Part shown: positions 28,420 through 36,689 of the stretch, in pieces
Position numbering within the stretch: position 1 is the stretch's first letter
How the letters are laid out: the number at the start of each line of letters is the position of its first letter
Source: an uncultured Alphaproteobacteria bacterium
GTDB lineage: Bacteria; Electryoneota; RPQS01
Length of the DNA stretch: 64,000 nucleotides
Assembly: GCA_964444755.1 (NCBI GenBank)
Contig: CAYUIF010000006.1
Location: 30,735 to 94,734 of the forward strand
Reading direction: 5' to 3'
Translations under genes and position numbers: made by a program
The notes under the pieces: generated by a model
Databases searched by the model: none
What the model was told of the DNA's origin: nothing
Seen by the model: the letters and a program-made list of their open reading frames with translations, nothing else

Positions 28420-28896
28420 ATGCCCACGAGAGAAGGACTACCATTTCTTGGACATTTCCCCGGACTGATTGACGACAAGGGTCGTCTTTCGATTCCGGCG
28501 GATTTTCGCCATGCACTCCCACCGGAGAGTGACGGGATGGTGGTGCTTACTCCCGGAAGTTCAAGTTTTTTAAATGCTTTCCCATTGAATCGGTTCAATG
28601 CCGTATGGGAAAAGGCCGATTCCGATGTCTTAGGATTTGCTTCTTCAGATAGCTTAGCTCGTGATACTGCTTTACTTAGCGAAGCAGTCTATCGGCAATT
28701 CGATAGTCAAGGCCGGATTACTGTGCCGCAGAGCTTGCTCAAGGCAGCGGGAATCGGCCGGGAAGTGGTGTTCATGGGCCGTTGGAACCACTTTATCATT
28801 TGGGATACGGCAGCCTTCGAAACGTATCGCAAGACCCAAGCCCTCACCCCCGGTGACGCTTGGAAACGTCTCATAGATCAAACCCCGAAAGCCTGA
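28420..28896 (+). CDS. mraZ: transcriptional regulator MraZ
   Basis: Two tandem MraZ half-domains each carrying a DxxGR motif (IDDKGRLSIPADFRH and FDSQGRITVPQSLLKAAGIG). It is the first gene of the dcw cluster. Confidence 0.8.
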   Translation: MPTREGLPFLGHFPGLIDDKGRLSIPADFRHALPPESDGMVVLTPGSSSFLNAFPLNRFNAVWEKADSDVLGFASSDSLARDTALLSEAVYRQFDSQGRITVPQSLLKAAGIGREVVFMGRWNHFIIWDTAAFETYRKTQALTPGDAWKRLIDQTPKA

Positions 28897-28899
28897 GCC

Positions 28900-29220
28900 A
28901 TGGGATTGCACGCACACATCCATCAAGCCAATCGCGACGTTCTAATCGCCCTCAACGGAGAAATCAAAGGGGCGGAATTCGATCAATTGCGCGAGATCTT
29001 GACGCACTTCCAGCGGCGCGGCTGCCAGCGCTTCGTGCTCGATTTCAGTCAGATTCCCCCGCTGACTCCCGCAGCCAAGGCATCGCTGGCTCGACTGACC
29101 GGCCAACCGGGTTTCCCATCCTTGCAAATTCGTGATAGCAGCGCCATCCGCTCCCATGCGGATACCCCCGCAGCCCGACCGCAGACGGGCTGCGGGGACC
29201 TTTGTTTATCCGCTGCGTAG
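28900..29220 (+). CDS. small STAS-domain (anti-sigma-factor-antagonist-like) protein inserted between mraZ and rsmH
   Basis: 106-aa ORF starting 4 nt after the mraZ stop. The VLIALNGEI...AEFDQLREIL...RFVLDFSQIPPLTPAAKASLARL pattern fits the SpoIIAA/STAS fold (beta-strand, helix, then VLDLSxVxFxDSxGL-type segment). The 3' end overlaps a strong terminator hairpin and there is no obvious SD, so coding status is uncertain. Confidence 0.4.
   Translation: MGLHAHIHQANRDVLIALNGEIKGAEFDQLREILTHFQRRGCQRFVLDFSQIPPLTPAAKASLARLTGQPGFPSLQIRDSSAIRSHADTPAARPQTGCGDLCLSAA
29165..29210 (+). terminator. Rho-independent terminator/attenuator-like hairpin inside the dcw cluster between mraZ-STAS and rsmH
   Basis: Perfect 11-bp GC-rich stem CCCCGCAGCCC / GGGCTGCGGGG with a 10-nt loop, followed by CTTTGTTTAT. 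It overlaps the last codons of the STAS-like ORF. Confidence 0.55.
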
Positions 29221-29446
29221 ATTCATCTGCTAATTTAGCAACTTCTGTTCTAAAGTCCAATAGGACACATGCAGAAAAGCATGAAAGAACAGGTTTGATC
29301 TCCTTCGCTCGCGACTTTTGTACCTCACTGCGCGGTCCTAACCTCCGGACCCGATCTTTACGCGATTACCCAGCCCTGAATATCATGTTCCCGTCTTAGC
29401 CCGGCAGACGATTGACCTGCTGGTTACCGACACTCGCGGAACGTAT

Positions 29447-30286
29447 GTGGATCTCACCCTTGGGGGGGGCGGCCACACTCGAGGCATTTTTGAACGAATC
29501 GAGTCGGAAGGCGTCCTAATCGGATGCGATCAGGACGTTGAATCACTGGATTTTTGCCGGAATGCACTGCCGAGTTCGGTTCATCTGATACAATGCCGGT
29601 TTTCCGAAGTGGCAAGTCGATTGACACCCTTACTCCCGGAAGGCGTGACGGGGGTACTTATGGATTTGGGGGTCTCGTCCCACCAGTTGGATGATCCAGC
29701 GCGCGGCTTCAGTCATCGCCATTCAGGACCATTAGACTTGAGGATGAATCAGGTCTCCGGCGAAACCGCCACCGACTTGTTGGGCCGACTTGGTGAAAGC
29801 GAGCTGGTTGGGATCATCCGGGATTACGGAGAAGACAGCCAAGCCCGCCGAATTGCCCGTGCTATTGTCCAGCGACGGGCACAGGCGCCGATCACCACGA
29901 CCGATCAATTGGCCGAAGTCATAGCCAAAGCGGTTCCGGCCACCCGCGTGAAGAGCCTGTCGCGGGTATTTCAAGCGCTGCGGATCGCCGTCAATCACGA
30001 AATGGACGAGTTAGACGCAGGTCTAAGGGCAGCGTGGGAGTTGCTGAGGCCGACTGGGCGCTTGGTAGTGATCAGTTATCATTCGCTGGAAGATCGCCGG
30101 GTCAAGCAATTCATGAAGGAAAAATGCGAGATCCCCGACGATCACCGGCTGCCGATTCCACATCCGGATCAACAACTCCGGGCCAAATTAATCGTACGCA
30201 AACCGATTACTCCCGACACGATTGAAATTGCGATCAATCCTCGCGCTCGCAGTGCTAAGCTTCGTTGTATAGAAAAGATCCGTTAG
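29447..30286 (+). CDS. rsmH: 16S rRNA (cytosine1402-N4)-methyltransferase RsmH (MraW); true N-terminus probably extends upstream to ~29354-29384
   Basis: GGGGHTRGI (SAM-binding G-rich loop), LMDLGVSSHQLD, FSHRHSGPLDLRM, ISYHSLEDRRVK, and C-terminal NPRARSAKLRCIEK are collinear with RsmH. The conserved N-terminal motif EYHVPVLARQTIDLLVTDTRGTYVDLTLGGGGH is encoded in-frame upstream of the called GTG (29384 onward). Confidence 0.9.
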   Translation: MDLTLGGGGHTRGIFERIESEGVLIGCDQDVESLDFCRNALPSSVHLIQCRFSEVASRLTPLLPEGVTGVLMDLGVSSHQLDDPARGFSHRHSGPLDLRMNQVSGETATDLLGRLGESELVGIIRDYGEDSQARRIARAIVQRRAQAPITTTDQLAEVIAKAVPATRVKSLSRVFQALRIAVNHEMDELDAGLRAAWELLRPTGRLVVISYHSLEDRRVKQFMKEKCEIPDDHRLPIPHPDQQLRAKLIVRKPITPDTIEIAINPRARSAKLRCIEKIR

Positions 30287-30298
30287 TACCGAAGTCCA

Positions 30299-30700
30299 AT
30301 GGCTTACACATCCGTCCAACACTCCGCCCCCTTCTATCGGCCGAAGAAATTGCCGCGAGTGCTTCGCCGGCAAGCCCCGGTGTTGCTGCTCTGCGGAGTA
30401 GTGATTGTGATCGGATTAATTGCGATTGCCGTGACGTGGCGAAATCTCTCATTCGAGCGCCTGACATGGGATATTGGACACAATCGGGCGTCTATCGAGT
30501 CACTGAATAAAGAAATTCAACATCTTTCCAGCCAGATCGAAGTCGAAACGTCGTATACGCGAATCTCGCACTGGGCACAGAAGAATCGCGGATGGAAAGC
30601 TATACCGGATCAAAACCGCACCTTCGCAATCCATGAATCAATCCTGAATCCGACCGCCCGCCAAGAAGCGCAAATGCTTGGAGATCTCAAACATGAGTAA
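30299..30700 (+). CDS. ftsL: cell division protein FtsL
   Basis: 133 aa. A basic N-terminus, a single TM helix VLLLCGVVIVIGLIAIAV, then a coiled-coil (ESLNKEIQHLSSQIEVE). It sits between rsmH and ftsI. Confidence 0.6.
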   Translation: MAYTSVQHSAPFYRPKKLPRVLRRQAPVLLLCGVVIVIGLIAIAVTWRNLSFERLTWDIGHNRASIESLNKEIQHLSSQIEVETSYTRISHWAQKNRGWKAIPDQNRTFAIHESILNPTARQEAQMLGDLKHE

Positions 30701-32699
30701 AACCAGGCACCTGGTTGGTCGGGAGCGTTTTTTAGCCATTGCTTTCATCCTAATCGTGGCAACCTTCGGGGCACGACTGGTTCAACTGCAGATTTTCGAA
30801 CATCCTCAATGGAAAGAAATTGCCGAGCGGCAATCGCACCTCACCACATTCCGCCAACCCAATCGCGGTGAAATTCACGACCACAATGGTGCACCGTTAG
30901 CAGTTTCGCTGCCGTTGACCTACGCCATCGGTTTCCGCCCCTGCGACTCGTTAGACCTGGATGAAACCGCCGATCAAATCGCGCCGTTTCTGTTCAAGCC
31001 GCGCCGGGAGATTCGCTCTAAACTCAATTCCCCGGCCTTTACCTACCTGGCACGAAAAGTGGATTGGGAAGCCAAGCTGAATCTGGAACGATTGGGATTG
31101 ACGTGTTTGCAATTTGATGAAGAGCCGCGCCGTTCGTATCCGTCCGGTTCGGCAGCGGCCACGGTGTTAGGCTTCACAAATCGCGAAGGCCACGGTGTAG
31201 AAGGTATTGAAGCTTATATGGATGGGGAACTATCCGGTGAAGCCTGCCGCGAACTATGCCGGGTGGATGCGTTGCGGAAGGCTCCGGCTCCCATCGCTCC
31301 CGCTGCGATCGAACTGCATGGCGCAGACGTTACGACCACAATTGACCTGCAGCTTCAATCAATCGTTGATGAAGGTTTGCAGCAAGGATTACAGGGACGC
31401 GACTACCAGCGCGCCGGAGCAATTCTCATTGATCCGCAGAGCGGAGATATTCTGGCATTGGCGACATGGCCGACCTTCGACCCGAATGCTCCGGGCGATG
31501 TTCGACCGGAAGTCCGACGATGTTGGCTGATTACCGACGTTTACGAACCCGGTTCGACGGCGAAGATCATTCCGGTGGCGATCGCCCTCGAATCCGGCCG
31601 ATATCGTCGCTCTTCACGTATATTCTGCGAAAACGGATCATATAAAGTACCGGGAACCGTCATCCATGATTCTCACCCGCATGGTGAACTGACTTTAGAC
31701 GATGTACTGGCCTTTTCGTCAAATATCGGTGCAGCCAAGGTTAATTCGTCATTCTCACCTAATATAATCTACGACAAACTACGCGCTTTCGGATTTGGTA
31801 ATCTGACTTCCGTAGGCATCGCGGGTGAACAAGCCGGTGAGATTCCTCCGCCATCGCGCTGGTCCGGACCGACTCGGGCGACTCTCGCCTATGGTCATGG
31901 AATGTCGTGCACGGCACTGCAGCTTGCGATGGCCTACGCCAGTATCGCTAACGGAGGGCTGCTCCTTAAACCCCGCCTGATAAAAGAAGTCCATTATCCC
32001 AACGGAACCAGTGAAGATTTTCCAGTTGAGGTTATCCGGCGAACCGTACCGGCGCCGATCGCCGACCAGTTGACCGATATGCTGATAGGAGTGGTCGAAC
32101 ATGGAACTGGAACCACGGCAAAGATCGAAGGAATCGCCATCGCCGGCAAAACCGGAACCGCCGAAAAAGTGGATTTCGTCAACCGTACATATTTTTCGAA
32201 CCGCTATGTGGCATCGTTTGCCGGTTTTTTCCCGGCAGATCATCCGCGCTACGTACTGTTGGTAATCGTGGATGATCCGCGCGGCGAACACTACGGAGGT
32301 ACGGTAGCGGGACCCGTGTTTAAAGCAATCGTCGAACAAATTGCTGCAGTTCGTCCCGGCGAGTTTCCCCTCCCGCCCACTCCGCCTTCGGAGATGGTCG
32401 AGGTTCCTCAAGACTCGGCGGCGCAGGCCGAAGCGGAGCAGATCCGGTTGGCGGCGATCCAGGCTATGCCGGCAACGGCCAGCAATGCGATGTTTATCGG
32501 CAATACTTTCGGCGATTCGACGATGGTGAGAGTACCGCTGTTAAAAGGAATGAGCATGCGGCGCGCCGTGGAAGAACTATCACGATCGCGCTTGGGCTTT
32601 CGGATTATCGGAGTCCGCACCGTCACGACGCAGTCGCCCGCCCCGGGTACAATGGTTCCGGTGGGTACGCTGTGCGAACTTTACGGCATGGCTGAATAG
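30693..32699 (+). CDS. ftsI: peptidoglycan D,D-transpeptidase FtsI (class B PBP) with C-terminal PASTA domain
   Basis: N-terminal TM anchor and PBP dimerisation domain. Transpeptidase motifs STAK (YEPGSTAKII), SSN (FSSNIGAAK) and KTGTA are present. The C-terminal ~60 aa, VPLLKGMSMRRAVEELSRSRLGFRIIG...VTTQSPAPGTMVPVGTLCELYG, fits a PASTA domain. The ATG at 30693 overlaps the ftsL stop; the ORF track starts at TTG 30678. Confidence 0.9.
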   Translation: MSKTRHLVGRERFLAIAFILIVATFGARLVQLQIFEHPQWKEIAERQSHLTTFRQPNRGEIHDHNGAPLAVSLPLTYAIGFRPCDSLDLDETADQIAPFLFKPRREIRSKLNSPAFTYLARKVDWEAKLNLERLGLTCLQFDEEPRRSYPSGSAAATVLGFTNREGHGVEGIEAYMDGELSGEACRELCRVDALRKAPAPIAPAAIELHGADVTTTIDLQLQSIVDEGLQQGLQGRDYQRAGAILIDPQSGDILALATWPTFDPNAPGDVRPEVRRCWLITDVYEPGSTAKIIPVAIALESGRYRRSSRIFCENGSYKVPGTVIHDSHPHGELTLDDVLAFSSNIGAAKVNSSFSPNIIYDKLRAFGFGNLTSVGIAGEQAGEIPPPSRWSGPTRATLAYGHGMSCTALQLAMAYASIANGGLLLKPRLIKEVHYPNGTSEDFPVEVIRRTVPAPIADQLTDMLIGVVEHGTGTTAKIEGIAIAGKTGTAEKVDFVNRTYFSNRYVASFAGFFPADHPRYVLLVIVDDPRGEHYGGTVAGPVFKAIVEQIAAVRPGEFPLPPTPPSEMVEVPQDSAAQAEAEQIRLAAIQAMPATASNAMFIGNTFGDSTMVRVPLLKGMSMRRAVEELSRSRLGFRIIGVRTVTTQSPAPGTMVPVGTLCELYGMAE

Positions 32700-32710
32700 G
32701 AACGAGCTCC

Positions 32711-34189
32711 GTGAACGCAGCCCGTGAAATTCGATTCCGGTCACTGATTGAGGCGATTCCCAATCACGGCATTCACGGCGGGGGAGATCCGGTCATTCAG
32801 TCAGTGGACTATGACTCGCGGCGCGTGAAACCGGGAAGTTTATTCGTAGCACTACGTGGTTTACAGCACGACGGCAGCGAATTCATTCACGCCGCTATTA
32901 GGAGTGGGGCAGCGGCCATTGTCGGGGAGACTGTTCCGGATGACGTTTCCGTTCCCTATGCCATTGTTCCCAATGCGCGCAAAGCCTTAACGGAACTGGC
33001 TTGGGCGTTTTTCGACCATCCTGAACAGCAGTTGATTATGACTGCCGTAACTGGCACTAACGGGAAGACGACCATCGCCACACTGCTGGGATCGGTTCTG
33101 GAAAAATCCGGGTTACGAACCGGAATTATCGGAACACTGGGGATTCGATATGGTAAGGTGAATCTCGATTCGCCGCGCACCACGCCCGAATCGGTGGATA
33201 TGGCGGCGCATTTTGCGGAGATGGTGCGGCAGAACATCTCGCACACGGTCATGGAAGCTACCTCGATCGGGATTGACCTGGAAAGAACCTACAAGCTTCC
33301 GTTCCGAACGACCATCTTCACGAATCTGACTCGCGATCACTTGGATTATCATGGATCGTGGGATACCTATCGTGCCGCCAAGCTCCGATTATTCCGGGAG
33401 CAAGATTCCGATGGGACTGCGATCATCAATGCTGATGATCCTGAAGCCGGACTATTTGTGGAAGCAGCAAATGCACGGGTGGTGACGTACGGCATCAATC
33501 AGGAGGCCGATTTCCGCGCGACGAATCTGCGACTGCAACGCAACGGCATTCATTTCACGTTATCCAGGAGCGGTTCCACGCAGGATATTTTCGCGCCGTT
33601 GGTGGGTCGATTCAACGTTTATAATCTGCTGGCGGTCATCGCCGCGGCGGAAGCGCTGGGCCTTTCGCCGGATGCCATTGGTTCGGCATTGCCCGCGGTT
33701 CGACCAGTTCGCGGTCGCGCCGAGGTCATTCCCACCTCCGCTCCGTTTACAATAGTCATCGATTATGCACACACACCGGATGCCTTGGAGAAGATACTTG
33801 CAACATTGCAGGGGCTTGAGCATCGGCGAATCTTCGTGATAATCGGCGCAGGTGGAAATCGCGATAAAGGAAAACGACCACTGATGGCAGAGACAGCTTA
33901 TCGGTTGAGTGACCGGCTGTACTTGACCAGTGATAATCCCCGTGACGAGAATCCGGAAATGATTCTTGATGACATGGCGGCGGGATTGAATCAGGGCGCT
34001 GAATATGTGCGTAATACCGACCGTCGTGTGGCAATCGAGCAGGCTTTAGCAGAAGCAGACGACGGGGATATTATTCTGATTGCGGGCAAAGGACATGAAA
34101 CATATCAGGAAATCGCGGGTGTGAAGCATCCCTTTGACGATCTGGAAGTCGCACGCGAGTGGTTAATCCGAACAGGCTACACATCATGA
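32711..34189 (+). CDS. murE: UDP-N-acetylmuramoyl-L-alanyl-D-glutamate--2,6-diaminopimelate ligase
   Basis: Mur ligase P-loop VTGTNGKTT. The DNPR motif (LTSDNPRDENPE) marks meso-DAP specificity. It sits in the dcw cluster after ftsI. Confidence 0.9.
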   Translation: MNAAREIRFRSLIEAIPNHGIHGGGDPVIQSVDYDSRRVKPGSLFVALRGLQHDGSEFIHAAIRSGAAAIVGETVPDDVSVPYAIVPNARKALTELAWAFFDHPEQQLIMTAVTGTNGKTTIATLLGSVLEKSGLRTGIIGTLGIRYGKVNLDSPRTTPESVDMAAHFAEMVRQNISHTVMEATSIGIDLERTYKLPFRTTIFTNLTRDHLDYHGSWDTYRAAKLRLFREQDSDGTAIINADDPEAGLFVEAANARVVTYGINQEADFRATNLRLQRNGIHFTLSRSGSTQDIFAPLVGRFNVYNLLAVIAAAEALGLSPDAIGSALPAVRPVRGRAEVIPTSAPFTIVIDYAHTPDALEKILATLQGLEHRRIFVIIGAGGNRDKGKRPLMAETAYRLSDRLYLTSDNPRDENPEMILDDMAAGLNQGAEYVRNTDRRVAIEQALAEADDGDIILIAGKGHETYQEIAGVKHPFDDLEVAREWLIRTGYTS

Positions 34190-35571
34190 CAATGCCCACT
34201 CTCGGCTGGCTGTGTCAAACTCTCCATGCCGACGCACCTGATCTGCCGTCCGATACTCCGTTGGGACCGATTTCCATTGATACACGGACCATCAAACCGG
34301 GGGATACCTTCTGGGTACTGCAAAGCACCCGCGATGGTCATGACTTCGTGCCGGAAGCCTTTAAGAAGGGAGCTAAGGCAGCCATCGTTAATTCCCTGTG
34401 GAAAAACGCCGCTCAAACCCGGCGCTTCCATGATCAGTTGATCGGATTATCGGATACGATGCAAGGACTGACGGACGCCGCACAAGCCTGGCGAACCCAA
34501 TGCGGTTTCGATGTGCTGGGGATCACCGGTAGCAACGGCAAGACTTCGACAAAGGATATCGTTCTTCGGCTGCTTGCGCGAAAATTGCGTACCGCAGGAA
34601 CGCAAGGCAATTTGAACAATCAATTTGGCGTACCGCTAACGCTGCTCGGTCTGCCGAGCGATCTGGAAGTTGCCGTGATTGAAATGGGGGCATCGCATGA
34701 AGGAGAAATCGCTGAATTGTGTGAGATTTGTCGTCCCACTCATGGATTAGTGACTTCTATCAGCAGTGCACATCTGGAAGGTTTTCATAATATCGAAACC
34801 GTGGCTCGTACCAAGGGAGAGTTGTACGATTTCATTGCCGCTGAGGGCGTTGCGTTTGTACCGACAGAGGATGAACGGTGCCGCAAGGAGGCAGCCCTCT
34901 GCACGAATAAGATCGGCTATGGATTCTCAGTGCCGCCGGCGGATTGGTCAACCGCGTATTGCCAAGGCTCGGATGTAACGTTCGATGAAACGGGGTGCGC
35001 ACATTTTACGTTTGAGAATGTCCGCTTTTCACTTTCCGTTCCCGGACGCGCACCGGCGTTGACGGCGCTGGCGGGATTAACGGTGGCTAAAATCTTCGGT
35101 ATACCGGCAATCAAATGTCAATCCACCATTCGGGATTGGCCGGGAGTACCGGGGCGATTCGAAATGCTTCGCCGCGGTAAAGTGCTCATCATCAACGACA
35201 GCTATAATGCAAATCCGGCCAGTATGCGTGCGGCACTGGAAACGCTCGCGCAGATCAATATCGAACCGCGCATTGCCGTGCTGGGCGATATGAATGAGTT
35301 GGGCACCGAATCGGACCATGAGCACCGTGCTCTGGGTCGAGATCTCGGAAAATACGGGCTTAATCAGGCGATTTTAGTCGGAAGACAGGCTCGATTAATT
35401 GCCGAAACCGCGCGTGAGGTTGGAATTACCGTGCATTGGCACGAGAATTTCGAACAATTGGCCGCAGAACTACCGGACCTTGTTCCGAAAACGGGAGCGA
35501 TTCTGGTAAAAGCCTCGCGGTCGAGCCGTTTGGAGCGAGTGGTCGAATATCTCACAAAGGCAATCAGCTGA
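34186..35571 (+). CDS. murF: UDP-N-acetylmuramoyl-tripeptide--D-alanyl-D-alanine ligase
   Basis: Mur ligase P-loop GITGSNGKTSTKD. Position matches murF. The ATG at 34186 overlaps the murE stop (ATGA); the ORF track's longer version starts at 34159. Confidence 0.9.
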   Translation: MTMPTLGWLCQTLHADAPDLPSDTPLGPISIDTRTIKPGDTFWVLQSTRDGHDFVPEAFKKGAKAAIVNSLWKNAAQTRRFHDQLIGLSDTMQGLTDAAQAWRTQCGFDVLGITGSNGKTSTKDIVLRLLARKLRTAGTQGNLNNQFGVPLTLLGLPSDLEVAVIEMGASHEGEIAELCEICRPTHGLVTSISSAHLEGFHNIETVARTKGELYDFIAAEGVAFVPTEDERCRKEAALCTNKIGYGFSVPPADWSTAYCQGSDVTFDETGCAHFTFENVRFSLSVPGRAPALTALAGLTVAKIFGIPAIKCQSTIRDWPGVPGRFEMLRRGKVLIINDSYNANPASMRAALETLAQINIEPRIAVLGDMNELGTESDHEHRALGRDLGKYGLNQAILVGRQARLIAETAREVGITVHWHENFEQLAAELPDLVPKTGAILVKASRSSRLERVVEYLTKAIS

Positions 35572-36689
35572 TGCTCTACCATCTCTTTCTTCCGCTTCGT
35601 GATGTAATTAGCGGCGCAAATCTATTCCGCTATATTACATTTCGCTCGGCCATGGCGGCGCTCTTTGCGTTATTGATCTCGTTTCTAATCGGCCCGTGGA
35701 TGATCGGCAAGCTTCGCAAATATCAAATCGGTGAAGAAATCCGCACGGACGGTCCGCAGACGCATTTGGCTAAGGCGGGAACACCGACGATGGGCGGCTT
35801 GATGATCTTATTCGCGGTGACAGTTCCCACTCTCCTATTCGCGAATCTCACGAATTTCTATGTTTTATTGACCTTGCTGGCATTTTTATGGATGGGAGCC
35901 GTCGGGTTCTTCGACGATTACCTTAAAGCGGTTCGCAAGACCAAGAAGGGATTAGTCGCACGTTATAAGCTGATCGGGCAATTCGGCATTGGAGCGCTGA
36001 TCGCATTATTTATTTTGGCTTATCCCAACTTGTTCGGCTTGAATTTTTCTAACCACGTGACGACGACGACGATGCCGTTTCTGAAGAACGTGATGTTCAA
36101 TTTCGGCATATTCTATCCGTTGATGGTTCTGCTGGTCGTTACCGGAACCTCCAACGGCGTCAATCTCACCGATGGTCTGGACGGCTTGGCGATCGGGGTT
36201 ACTTCGATTGCCGCGGCCGCATTCGCGACCATGAGCTACGTTACCGGCAATATCCGCTTCGCATCTTATTTGAATATCATCTATCTGGACGGAGCCGGTG
36301 AACTGACCATTTTTTGCGCGGCGCTGCTGGGCGCAGGGCTTGGCTTCTTGTGGTTCAACGGTTTTCCGGCCCAAGTCTTTATGGGCGATACCGGAGCGTT
36401 GGCGTTAGGTGCGGCACTAGGTACAATGGCCATTTTGTTAAAGAAAGAATTCTTTCTAATCGTAATTGGCGGCATTTTTGTAGTGGAAGCATTAAGCGTG
36501 ATTATTCAGCGATTGTATTTCAAATATACAAAGAAGAAATTCGGCACGGGGAAACGCGTTTTCCGGATGGCTCCCCTCCATCATCATTTCGAACAGTTGG
36601 GCTGGCACGAATCGAAAGTCGTAGTTCGGTTTTGGATCGTGCAGGTTTTATTGGTATTGGTGAGTCTAACCATGTTCAAGGTACGTTAA
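35571..36689 (+). CDS. mraY: phospho-N-acetylmuramoyl-pentapeptide-transferase
   Basis: Ten-TM protein with MraY motifs (GTPTMGG, DDYLK, NLTDGLDGLA, HHHFE). The ATG at 35571 overlaps the murF stop (TGATG). The ORF-track version starting at 35436 is an upstream extension. Confidence 0.9.
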   Translation: MLYHLFLPLRDVISGANLFRYITFRSAMAALFALLISFLIGPWMIGKLRKYQIGEEIRTDGPQTHLAKAGTPTMGGLMILFAVTVPTLLFANLTNFYVLLTLLAFLWMGAVGFFDDYLKAVRKTKKGLVARYKLIGQFGIGALIALFILAYPNLFGLNFSNHVTTTTMPFLKNVMFNFGIFYPLMVLLVVTGTSNGVNLTDGLDGLAIGVTSIAAAAFATMSYVTGNIRFASYLNIIYLDGAGELTIFCAALLGAGLGFLWFNGFPAQVFMGDTGALALGAALGTMAILLKKEFFLIVIGGIFVVEALSVIIQRLYFKYTKKKFGTGKRVFRMAPLHHHFEQLGWHESKVVVRFWIVQVLLVLVSLTMFKVR

